From a virus: a DNA stretch of 64,000 nucleotides. Every line of letters starts with the position of its first letter. The stretch's first letter is position 1. The translations under genes and the position numbers were made by a program. Below are positions 38,453 through 46,441 of the stretch, in pieces. The stretch is taken from IMG/VR virus record IMGVR_UViG_3300044701_003563, one strand, 5' to 3'. The notes under the pieces are model-generated. The model was not told where the DNA came from, did no database searches, and worked only from the letters and a program-made list of their open reading frames with translations.

Positions 38453-38494
38453 GCACAATCTTTAAGAAACTTTACATTCCTTAACTTGTTGATG

Positions 38495-38528
38495 TATTTA
38501 TAATAACACTGTCAGCAATCCCTGTCAA
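38495..38528 (-). promoter_or_regulatory. Composite psbA promoter: TTGACA-17-TATTAT overlapping late TATAAATA
   Basis: Both consensus elements are directly visible. Confidence 0.75.
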
Positions 38529-38554
38529 TAGGTCCAATTGCCTAAGTGGCACAG

Positions 38555-38583
38555 TATAAATAGAAACCACCTTTTTATAAATA
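38555..38583 (+). promoter_or_regulatory. Two late promoters TATAAATA (38555, 38576)
   Basis: Exact consensus ahead of a plus-strand gene run. Confidence 0.7.
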
Positions 38584-38608
38584 TTTGAGTGTTATTTGGA
38601 GCACCGCA

Positions 38609-38722
38609 GTGGCAAAATCTGCAAACAAGGGCAAAAAAGGTTCTGCTGGCGGAAAGCAGTCAAAACAAAATTCTGGCAATGCTACTGCCAAGAAAGCAAA
38701 GAATGGTGGGAAGAAAAAATAA
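38609..38722 (+). CDS. 37-aa Lys/Gly-rich basic peptide (MAKSANKGKKGSAGGKQSKQNSGNATAKKAKNGGKKK)
   Basis: GTG start with GGAG RBS after the late promoters. Confidence 0.65.
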   Translation: MAKSANKGKKGSAGGKQSKQNSGNATAKKAKNGGKKK

Positions 38723-38734
38723 TTTACTTTTAAT

Positions 38735-39028
38735 ATGAAATTTAAATATCCAACATTAGATAATATAGTTCCAATATTAGTTGCATTTGTTGCAGCATCT
38801 ATTGTTGGAATGACATTTACTAATTTTGTAATTTGCAATTTTAAAATAACTTATAGTATACAATATTTGTATTTAATAAAGGCATTTGATCGAAATGGAG
38901 CAACAAAGCCACCAAGTAAATGTGACGATAACACTTCAGAATCTATACAAACTTTAATGTCTTTGCTTGCTACTATTATTGCACTTAAAGCAGATCTTAA
39001 GAAAAAACCAGAAGAACATGATAATTGA
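38735..39028 (+). CDS. Membrane protein with two hydrophobic segments (holin candidate)
   Basis: N-terminal transmembrane segment and LMSLLATIIAL; late operon. The holin role is a guess. Confidence 0.55.
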   Translation: MKFKYPTLDNIVPILVAFVAASIVGMTFTNFVICNFKITYSIQYLYLIKAFDRNGATKPPSKCDDNTSESIQTLMSLLATIIALKADLKKKPEEHDN

Positions 39029-39437
39029 AACATTAGAAGCAATTGGTATTTTAATTTCTATAGGTTCTTCATTAAAAGATCTTAAAGACAAATTCTTCAA
39101 TTCTAAAAGAAGAAAAGAAATTGCAGAATGGACTTATGATCTTGGCAGTATCGTAGAAGATATAGCAATTCATTTAAATAAAAATGAATATCCACACCAA
39201 ACATGTGCAAGAATGGCATATATTGCGGATATTTTTTCAGAAGTTGTGGGTGATGCGATCACTTCAAATGAAGAAAATCTTTTAAAAGAATTGTTACAAT
39301 CTGCCATAAATATCGAAAGGACTTTTGGAGAATATAGTTCTCTTGAGGAATTTGATAAAACAAGTTACGTTCAAGAATTATATTCAATTTCTGGTTCTAT
39401 TTTAGGTATTGCTGATTCATTAAAACATAAAAAATGA
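39018..39437 (+). CDS. Hypothetical protein
   Basis: Start reassigned to ATG 39018 (MIIETLEAIG). Confidence 0.65.
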   Translation: MIIETLEAIGILISIGSSLKDLKDKFFNSKRRKEIAEWTYDLGSIVEDIAIHLNKNEYPHQTCARMAYIADIFSEVVGDAITSNEENLLKELLQSAINIERTFGEYSSLEEFDKTSYVQELYSISGSILGIADSLKHKK

Positions 39438-39592
39438 ATGTACTCACTGGTGGAGATGTTGTCTGGTCTGTTATTATTCTTCTTTCAGTTGGTTTAGCTG
39501 GCACATCTTGGGTAATCTATAAAGTTCTTATCTGGGATAATGAGGAAACTAATTCTTCCGATCATAATCATCATTCGTCTTCTGACCAATGA
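39434..39592 (+). CDS. Small membrane protein (52 aa)
   Basis: ATGA overlap; VVWSVIILLSVGLAGTSWVIY transmembrane segment. Confidence 0.55.
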   Translation: MNVLTGGDVVWSVIILLSVGLAGTSWVIYKVLIWDNEETNSSDHNHHSSSDQ

Positions 39593-39707
39593 TGGTTTTT
39601 TTAATGAAAACAGAAACGTCAGGAGCAAACTTCAACCACCAGAAGTTCGTTCTTCAATTCGTAGAGTTTGGAAAAAAGGAGCAAAGAAATGTACGACTAC
39701 AAAGTAA
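39540..39707 (+). CDS. Small basic protein (55 aa, MRKLILPIIIIIRLLTNDG...)
   Basis: Manual translation; overlaps both neighbours. Confidence 0.45.
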   Translation: MRKLILPIIIIIRLLTNDGFFNENRNVRSKLQPPEVRSSIRRVWKKGAKKCTTTK

Positions 39708-40045
39708 AAAGCATTAAAAGAGTTATTGACGGTGATACTGTCGAAGTTGAAATCGATTTGGGGTTTCATTTGACTCTTTGTGATAAAGTTCGTTTAGCAG
39801 GAGTTAATACTCCAGAAACAAGAACCACAGATCCAGAAGAAAAAGAAAAAGGTCTCAAATCCAAAGCATGGATGCAAGACCGTTTGAGTAATATTGAGGG
39901 TAAAGAGTTAATCGTAAAATTCGTAAAAGAAGAAAAGTACGGAAGATTACTGGGTTGGTTATATTTTGTTGGAGAACCTAATACCCTCAACGAACAATTA
40001 ATTAATGAAGGGTTAGCAGAACCTTATATGACAGATCAACTGTAA
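39689..40045 (+). CDS. Thermonuclease (SNase)-family nuclease
   Basis: RVIDGDT...DLGF...VRLAG.NTPE; KYGRLL; NEQLI.EG.A; start reassigned to MYDY with AGGAG RBS. Confidence 0.88.
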   Translation: MYDYKVKSIKRVIDGDTVEVEIDLGFHLTLCDKVRLAGVNTPETRTTDPEEKEKGLKSKAWMQDRLSNIEGKELIVKFVKEEKYGRLLGWLYFVGEPNTLNEQLINEGLAEPYMTDQL

Positions 40046-41277
40046 TCATGATGAAATGATGTATCATGATGATCATCATAAACCATTGGAATTTCATAAT
40101 TATGTGATCCAAAATCATCAATAACATCGTAAGAATTGTCGATGTGCTGATCCCCATGAAATTCATCGGGGATATTTTCATGCCAATTATTTCCTGGATG
40201 TTCTTCTACAAATCGATCAATAACATCTGCAATTGAATTTCCATCATTTTCAGCGTTGTTATGAGGTCCCGAGTTACCTGGAGCATCCTGATCTCCATTT
40301 CCCCATCCATTATTTCCTCCTTTACCTCCTCCATTATTAGGAGGATTTTCAGAATTATTATCTTGCCCTCCGTCATTTTTTGAATCACCTGGAGGTTGGT
40401 TTGATTCGGGGTCTTGTCCATCTTGATGATTGCCTTTGCCTGGATTGTCTGATGCTCCAGTTTCTCCATCCCAAGGTGAGTTTCCAACTTCTTTATCATT
40501 GCCAGGATTACCTCTGCCTGGATCTTCTGGATCTTCGGGGTCTTCGGGATCCTCTGGGTCTTCTGGATCTTCTGGATCTTCGGGATCTTCTGGATCTTCT
40601 GGATCTTCGGGATCCTCTGGGTCTTCTGGATCTTCTGGATCTTCGGGATCTTCTGGATCTTCTGGATCTTCGGGATCTTCTGGGTCTTCTGGATCTTCTG
40701 GGTCTTCGGGATCTTCTGGATCTTCGGGATCTTCTGGATCTTCTGGATCTTCTGGATCTTCGGGATCCTCTGGGTCTTCTGGGTCTTCTGGATCTTCGGG
40801 GTCTTCGGGGTCTTCGGGATCTACAGGAGGATCTACAGGAGGATCTACAGGAGGATTTACAGGCGGTTCTTGTTCTGGTAGATCGCCAACAACAATGCTG
40901 TCGTCAACATTATTCCCACCCCCAAAAGATATAGTATCAAGATTAAAAGAGATTCCATTTGTCTGAACTGGTGTGATATCTATTCCGTAAGCTTTAAATG
41001 CTTCTGCTGGAGTAATATTTCTTAGAACCACATTATCTCCAGAAGAACCATAAGATTCCAATGTAGGATTAAAAAGATCTGTATCTGTTGTAACTTCAAC
41101 TGCACCAACATTACTTGATGGTGCAGTTTCTACTGGAGTGTTATCTACTCCCTCACCTACTGGTGTATATCCACCAGGAAAACGAGCAGCAGCAGTAGGA
41201 TCATGTGGTATTTGATCCTGAGATTGCTGACTCGTCTTGAGTGTTTCTTCGCCTTGTAATCCTAACTGATCTTCCAT
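40036..41277 (-). CDS. Highly acidic low-complexity protein with (DPE)n tract
   Basis: About 33 DPE units with synonymous codon variation; GNNGWGNGDQDAPGNS motif; His/Asp-rich C-terminus. Confidence 0.75.
   Translation of the reverse strand: MEDQLGLQGEETLKTSQQSQDQIPHDPTAAARFPGGYTPVGEGVDNTPVETAPSSNVGAVEVTTDTDLFNPTLESYGSSGDNVVLRNITPAEAFKAYGIDITPVQTNGISFNLDTISFGGGNNVDDSIVVGDLPEQEPPVNPPVDPPVDPPVDPEDPEDPEDPEDPEDPEDPEDPEDPEDPEDPEDPEDPEDPEDPEDPEDPEDPEDPEDPEDPEDPEDPEDPEDPEDPEDPEDPEDPEDPEDPEDPEDPEDPGRGNPGNDKEVGNSPWDGETGASDNPGKGNHQDGQDPESNQPPGDSKNDGGQDNNSENPPNNGGGKGGNNGWGNGDQDAPGNSGPHNNAENDGNSIADVIDRFVEEHPGNNWHENIPDEFHGDQHIDNSYDVIDDFGSHNYEIPMVYDDHHDTSFHHDYS
40519..40860. repeat. 9-bp tandem repeat (about 33 units) plus adjacent 12-bp GGATCTACAGGA repeats
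   Basis: Directly visible. Confidence 0.95.
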
Positions 41278-41295
41278 AATTTTTATGTTGTTTAG

Positions 41296-41928
41296 TTATT
41301 TATTTTTCATTCCCATTTCCCAGAGGTATCCCTCTGCTTTTCTACGTTTTGCCAATCCAGGTTCCACTGATGTACCTGGATTTCTGTACATATAAAGTAC
41401 TTCTGGAACTTTATGCCATTGTTTATTTTTCAAAACAAATGAAATGGTTGCGAAGTTTTTATTCCCGTAGAAGTTAGGTCCCATATTATAACAAAAGGAA
41501 AGAAGTGCTCCTCTTTGATTATCAGTCATTTCATTCCAAAATGGAATCTTTTGCAATGCTGGAAGATATTCTTTTTTTAAAGTTTTAGCAAGAAGTTCAT
41601 CTGCTTCTTGCTGCGTAATTCTATCTCCAATTCTGAATGAAGTTCCATTCAATCTCTTCGTAGAACCCCACCCAATTGTAATGGGCAATCCACCACTCAA
41701 AGGATCATAATACGCCTTCAATTCACATCCTTCAAACTGCTTTATCAAATCAACGCCAGATTTTGGAAGATCTACAAGATAATTTACCTTTGGACCATCT
41801 CTATAAATTCTTGCAAATTCATCCAGGATTTCTTTATGAACTGACTTCTGCAAAAAATCCCATGCTTTCTTTTGATGTGGCAAACCTTTAAAATTTTCTG
41901 CCGCATCTTCAAATTCTATGGTTTCCAT
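41296..41928 (-). CDS. GH24 phage lysozyme (endolysin)
   Basis: LIKQFEG..L.AY.D......TIGWG; ALLSF.YN.G; GL..RR.AE. Confidence 0.9.
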   Translation of the reverse strand: METIEFEDAAENFKGLPHQKKAWDFLQKSVHKEILDEFARIYRDGPKVNYLVDLPKSGVDLIKQFEGCELKAYYDPLSGGLPITIGWGSTKRLNGTSFRIGDRITQQEADELLAKTLKKEYLPALQKIPFWNEMTDNQRGALLSFCYNMGPNFYGNKNFATISFVLKNKQWHKVPEVLYMYRNPGTSVEPGLAKRRKAEGYLWEMGMKNK

Positions 41929-42593
41929 ACTCTACCCCATCCCGCATTCGGACCATCACATAACCAACGATACTTCAAGTCATTTACTTTGTAAACTGCA
42001 CCTTTACCATTTGTAACTGGTCCAGTATAACGATCATTCCAAGATCCATAAGGATCATTTACAACATAATCGCCTTGAGGTGTTTTACCAATCACGACAA
42101 CCATATGTCCACCAGTAGGATATGACAATGATCCCCTATGCTTAACACCAATTACAACTGGTCTTTGTTCTTTCAATTCCCTATCAAGATCTGCAAATCC
42201 TAAGTTATTTCTAAATTCGGAATTGAGACCAAAAGATTGAAGTGCTCTTGTTTGTGCTCCGTGATCTGTGGTGTCACCAAAAGAAAATAATTTTTTTAAG
42301 TAAGTATCATCTCCCTTTGGTCCCTTAAGAGTTCCTGGTTTAAAATATTCTAAGAACATTGCAGAACACGAAGAGTTGCATGTTCTATTTGGTTGAGTAA
42401 AGTTATCGGTTTGAGGAAACCAAGGAACATCTAATATTGCTTTTGCTATCTTTGTTCTAAAAATTCTAACCCAATTTGACTGATCATCCAAAAATTCTGC
42501 GGGCAACTTTGCCTCTAATTCATCAATCGCAGCCTTATGTTTTGGATTCTCTTCATCGTAATGCACGAAAAAATCATGCAGATCTATTTTCAT
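41916..42593 (-). CDS. C39-like cysteine peptidase
   Basis: VPWFPQ.DN....RTCNSS; GGHMVVVIG; VNDPYG (Cys-His-Asp). Confidence 0.85.
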   Translation of the reverse strand: MKIDLHDFFVHYDEENPKHKAAIDELEAKLPAEFLDDQSNWVRIFRTKIAKAILDVPWFPQTDNFTQPNRTCNSSCSAMFLEYFKPGTLKGPKGDDTYLKKLFSFGDTTDHGAQTRALQSFGLNSEFRNNLGFADLDRELKEQRPVVIGVKHRGSLSYPTGGHMVVVIGKTPQGDYVVNDPYGSWNDRYTGPVTNGKGAVYKVNDLKYRWLCDGPNAGWGRVWKP

Positions 42594-42618
42594 TTCTTAT
42601 ATCTCAACAACCTACCCG

Positions 42619-42650
42619 TATTTATAAAAAAAGGAGGGATTAAACCCTCC
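42619..42650 (-). terminator. Terminator after peroxiredoxin whose U-tract runs into late promoter TATAAATA (42619-42626)
   Basis: GGAGGG/CCCTCC stem, T-tract, then TATAAATA. Confidence 0.75.
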
Positions 42651-42663
42651 ATAGTTTTGTATT

Positions 42664-43182
42664 TCACACAGAAACTATTTGCCTCGACTTTACATATTCA
42701 AGGAGTTTGGTTGGTGTTGTTTCTTCGTAAGGATCTTCAATTGCATCATCACACTTTCCAGATTCGATGAACATTTTTTCAACTACCATATCATCGACAA
42801 CCATCGCATAACGCCAAGACCTTTCACCAAAACCACAGTTATACTTTCCTACAAGCATACCCATGTAATCTGTGAAATCGGCATTTCCATCTGGAATCAT
42901 CTTCACATTTTCAATTCCAAGTTCTTTTGCCCAAGCATTCATAACAAACCCATCATTTACAGAAATGCAAAAGATGTCATCAATACCTTGCTTTTTGAAC
43001 TCATCATAAAGATCATCAAATCCAGGAAGTTGATAATTTGTACAGGTTGGAGTAAATGCACCAGGAAGGCTAAAAATAATTACTCTTTTTCCGCCAATAA
43101 TATCCGAAGTTTTTTTAGTAATAAATTCTCCGTCTTCTCGGAAGACGAATTCATATTCGGCAAGACGCTTATTAGGTTCCAT
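42664..43182 (-). CDS. Peroxiredoxin (Prx5-like)
   Basis: LPGAFTPTC; SVND.FVMNAW; RSWRYAM.V. Confidence 0.93.
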   Translation of the reverse strand: MEPNKRLAEYEFVFREDGEFITKKTSDIIGGKRVIIFSLPGAFTPTCTNYQLPGFDDLYDEFKKQGIDDIFCISVNDGFVMNAWAKELGIENVKMIPDGNADFTDYMGMLVGKYNCGFGERSWRYAMVVDDMVVEKMFIESGKCDDAIEDPYEETTPTKLLEYVKSRQIVSV

Positions 43183-43199
43183 AAATTACTCTCCTAATT

Positions 43200-43319
43200 T
43201 CAGAAAATACCTGGAATAATCTGACCAGTGGTGAGATATGTGCCTACAGCAACGACGAAACCGAGCATTGCCAGGCGAGCATTGAGGATCTCTGCCTCAG
43301 GGGTGAATCCGAATTTCAT
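43200..43319 (-). CDS. hli: High-light-inducible protein (39 aa)
   Basis: MKFGFTPEAEILNARLAMLGF...TGQIIPGIF; missed by the ORF track. Confidence 0.93.
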   Translation of the reverse strand: MKFGFTPEAEILNARLAMLGFVVAVGTYLTTGQIIPGIF

Positions 43320-43516
43320 TTTGTTTCTCCTCTTTTAGTAGTGTTTTGAATAACAATAAATTTGTCTTTTTTTAAGGTGCCTGCGATGCAAACTTTAAGT
43401 TCATCATCGCTAGACCAATCGCATTCGTCTTGAAGTTGTTGAAGAGCAATTGTCAGATCTACTAACCAATTACTTTTAGACATTACATTTTCTTCTGGTT
43501 CAAGATTTCCAATCAT
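43316..43516 (-). CDS. Hypothetical protein in the hli cluster
   Basis: Coupled overlaps on both sides. Confidence 0.7.
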   Translation of the reverse strand: MIGNLEPEENVMSKSNWLVDLTIALQQLQDECDWSSDDELKVCIAGTLKKDKFIVIQNTTKRGETK

Positions 43517-43602
43517 CAGTAAGTTTCAGCAAGGTTCTCCACAGCATAGCATAGAGTCACTAAAAAAGCAACCGAAGTCACTGTCCAAATAAGTTCAGTC
43601 AT
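43516..43602 (-). CDS. 28-aa hydrophobic peptide (MTELIWTVTSVAFLVTLCYAVENLAETY)
   Basis: TGATG overlaps at both ends. Confidence 0.6.
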   Translation of the reverse strand: MTELIWTVTSVAFLVTLCYAVENLAETY

Positions 43603-43805
43603 CAGAAGATTCCGAAGAAGAGTTTGCCAGTGCTGATATAAGAAATAGCACCAGCAATAATGCCGACCATTGCCCAACGTCCATTATACATCTCGGTAGT
43701 TTGCATAGGGGTCATAAGACCTTTGCGGTGATATTCTTGGTAAACCATTTCAGGTTCTTTGGCCCACATATTTTGTTGACCAAATTCATTCGTGGTTACT
43801 GTCAT
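43602..43805 (-). CDS. hli: High-light-inducible protein (67 aa)
   Basis: NMWAKEP..., E.YNGRWAMVG...TG..FFGIF; start reassigned to 43805. Confidence 0.92.
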   Translation of the reverse strand: MTVTTNEFGQQNMWAKEPEMVYQEYHRKGLMTPMQTTEMYNGRWAMVGIIAGAISYISTGKLFFGIF

Positions 43806-43832
43806 TGTAGTTTTGTAACGATTTACAACAAT

Positions 43833-43861
43833 AGTATATAGGTTTTGTAAAGTTTTGTCAA
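43833..43861 (-). promoter_or_regulatory. hli promoter TTGACA-17-TATACT with HLR1-like repeat TTGACAAA-AC-TTTACAAA
   Basis: Directly visible. Confidence 0.7.
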
Positions 43862-44778
43862 GAACCAATCTGTACGGGTTTCCTAACCTGTGTCTCGATC
43901 CAAGTATCAATTGATACCTTTGGAGACCATCCAAAGGTTTTTTTAATCCTATTATTATCTGCAAGAGTTTCTCTTGACTCCCCTGGTCTTGGAGAAATTT
44001 TGATTTGATTATCAGAAATCATGTTGGCAATTTCATTTATTGAATAATTTTTTCCAGTACCAACATTATAAATTCTACCAAATGCATTTGGTTCTAGATT
44101 AGAAATTGCAGCCATAATATTTGCATTTACAACATCAGATACGTGTGTAAAATCTCTACGTTGTTCACCATCACCCACAATTGTCAATGATTCTCCATTT
44201 TCTGCTTGTCTTAAGAACAATCCAATTACAGGAGCATAGTGTCCCTTAAGTGGTTGTCTTTCACCATAAACATTAAAATATCTGAATATGATCGTTTCCA
44301 ATCCGTACAATTCATAATACATTTCACAAAGTTTTTCACCAGAAACTTTTGATACAGAATATGGATTCAAGCAATCTTCAATCATAGTTTCTACACATGG
44401 AGGAATGTTTCTTCCATATGCTGAGGATGTGGATGAATAAATGACTCTTTTAACTCCTGCTTCTCTTGCACATTGAAGAACCGTACAAGTCCCTACACAA
44501 TTTGTTGCAACTGCAAGAATGGGATTTTCAATCGCAGGTTGAATTCGTGATTCTGCGGCAAGGTGAAATACTACATCAACAGCATCGTAAAGAGACCGAG
44601 TATTAGTATAATCGGCAATATCAAATTTAGCATTAATCGCGCTTTCATTCCAATAAAACTCCTCGTTACATTCAGAACTCTCATTGTCAATTACGACAAC
44701 TTCATGACCCATTTCCAAAAGTTTATCTACAAGATTGGAACCAATAAAACCAGCTCCACCAGTTACTAATGCTTTCAT
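43858..44778 (-). CDS. NAD-dependent nucleotide-sugar epimerase/dehydratase
   Basis: TGGAGFIG, YSVSK, RYFNVYG, RDFTHV.D. Confidence 0.92.
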   Translation of the reverse strand: MKALVTGGAGFIGSNLVDKLLEMGHEVVVIDNESSECNEEFYWNESAINAKFDIADYTNTRSLYDAVDVVFHLAAESRIQPAIENPILAVATNCVGTCTVLQCAREAGVKRVIYSSTSSAYGRNIPPCVETMIEDCLNPYSVSKVSGEKLCEMYYELYGLETIIFRYFNVYGERQPLKGHYAPVIGLFLRQAENGESLTIVGDGEQRRDFTHVSDVVNANIMAAISNLEPNAFGRIYNVGTGKNYSINEIANMISDNQIKISPRPGESRETLADNNRIKKTFGWSPKVSIDTWIETQVRKPVQIGS

Positions 44779-44811
44779 ATATTAAAAAGTAATCTATTTT
44801 ATGTAGTCAAT

Positions 44812-44838
44812 AAAAAACCACCCCAAGAAGAGGTGGTT
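44812..44838 (-). terminator. Intrinsic terminator after porin
   Basis: AACCACC/GGTGGTT stem plus U-tract. Confidence 0.7.
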
Positions 44839-44861
44839 CCACTCAGGTTATGAGTGATTTA

Positions 44862-46343
44862 TCAGAACGTGAACTTGGTCTGAATTACACCACCCCACTT
44901 GCTGCTGTCCTGGTAACGCTGATTGTTGTCAACATAGAACAGAGCAGGAGTGATGCTGATGTTATCGGTAACTTGGAACTTGTAGAAGAACTCAAGCATC
45001 GTAGCATCAGATACGCCAGCGGTTTCAGCAGAAGGTGCTTGACCGACAGCAATACCAGCAGTATTACCAGCAACAAAAGCATCTGCCCACTGAAGACCAA
45101 CGAACCAGGAATCCGAATCGGTAGCATCGGTAGCACCAGTAGTACCACTTACGAAGTTATATCCGTAACCAGCACTGATGGAGGGAACCCAACCAGATTC
45201 AGAAGGTTGCCAATATGCGTTAAGAGCAATGGCATTAGACTCCTGACCATCTACAAGAGCACCATTGGCACCCAGGAGACCATTGTAGGTGCGAGGACGG
45301 GTGCCCTCAGAACCATAACGATAACCAGCACCAACACCCCAGTTAGATCCTTTGTAACCGAGTTGGGCAATGAAGTTCAGAGCACCTTCGGAATCAAAGA
45401 CACCAGTGGAACTATCTTCACCATTCTCGGCAACATAGTTCAGACCAGCAACGAATCCACCTTTGCCGACATACTGAGCACCAACACCAGCACCAGTTGC
45501 CTTGTTATAGACACCAGGAGCACCAGCAACTTGGAAGAAGTCAAGGATTTCCGACTTATAAGCAGAAGGAACCCATGCCATCTCAGTGTTACGGACCTTA
45601 GGACCAGCAGTAATAGTCACACTATCACCAACAGGGAACTGATAGTAGAGACGATCAAGAACAACATTGTCTCCAGTCAGAGCAGTAGTGTTGTCTGCCT
45701 TGTCCAGTTTGAACAGGGAAGACGAAGAACCGAAAGGATCACTGCTGAAGTTAGCAGAACGCAGACGAGTGCGAAGGAGATCACGACCAGTGAACGAGGT
45801 GTCAAAGTTCAGACGGACATCATAATTAAATGCGGTGTTGCCAACGTTTCCACCAGCATTAGTTTCAAGTCCAGGAACTCCACCCAGAACAAAGGTAGCT
45901 TCACCCTTCAGTTTGGTAGTGGTAGAGAACTGAGTTGCCTCAAGAACACCAACCTTTGCTTCCAAACCATCTACACGACCACGGAGAACAATCAGTTCTT
46001 CTTTGAATTCTGCCTGAAGTTTACGAAGCTCATCGGTGACTTCAGTTACACGATCAAGGCAAGCATTCAGCAGTGCTGCTGCTTCGTAACGAGTCATTGC
46101 CTTACCACCACCGTAGGTGCCGTTAGGATAACCTGCTACGCAACCATAACGCTCAATAAGATTAGTGAGTGCTTGATATGCCCAGTCGGTAGGTTGAACA
46201 TCAGAGAATTGAGTAACGCTCGTTACCTGTTCAACAGAAGAGTACTTGCTGACATCCTCAATATTGAGTTCTGCGGCAGTAGCAGCAGGAGCAACAAGAC
46301 CCAAAGCAACAGGGACAAGCATCAGTTGTTTGAGAAAATTCAT
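44862..46343 (-). CDS. Cyanobacterial outer-membrane porin (SLH domain + OprB/Som family)
   Basis: Signal peptide; QVTSV.QFSDVQPTDWAYQAL..L.ERYGC.AGYP; QFSTTTKL.G; terminal TKFTF. Confidence 0.93.
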   Translation of the reverse strand: MNFLKQLMLVPVALGLVAPAATAAELNIEDVSKYSSVEQVTSVTQFSDVQPTDWAYQALTNLIERYGCVAGYPNGTYGGGKAMTRYEAAALLNACLDRVTEVTDELRKLQAEFKEELIVLRGRVDGLEAKVGVLEATQFSTTTKLKGEATFVLGGVPGLETNAGGNVGNTAFNYDVRLNFDTSFTGRDLLRTRLRSANFSSDPFGSSSSLFKLDKADNTTALTGDNVVLDRLYYQFPVGDSVTITAGPKVRNTEMAWVPSAYKSEILDFFQVAGAPGVYNKATGAGVGAQYVGKGGFVAGLNYVAENGEDSSTGVFDSEGALNFIAQLGYKGSNWGVGAGYRYGSEGTRPRTYNGLLGANGALVDGQESNAIALNAYWQPSESGWVPSISAGYGYNFVSGTTGATDATDSDSWFVGLQWADAFVAGNTAGIAVGQAPSAETAGVSDATMLEFFYKFQVTDNISITPALFYVDNNQRYQDSSKWGGVIQTKFTF

Positions 46344-46407
46344 AATCGATTAGAAAATAATTTACTAAAGAAAAACGAGTTAAGTTTTGTTACGACTCAA
46401 CTCGATG

Positions 46408-46441
46408 TATTTATCATACAGGGTGCTTTTGAAATTGTCAA
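46408..46441 (-). promoter_or_regulatory. Porin promoter TTGACA-17-TATGAT overlapping late-like GATAAATA
   Basis: Directly visible. Confidence 0.7.

Noticed and set aside
40380-40966. (GSS)n and (LLD)n plus-strand ORFs, and a possible CRISPR array
   Set aside because: Alternative frames of the 9-bp repeat; there are no unique spacers, so it is not CRISPR.
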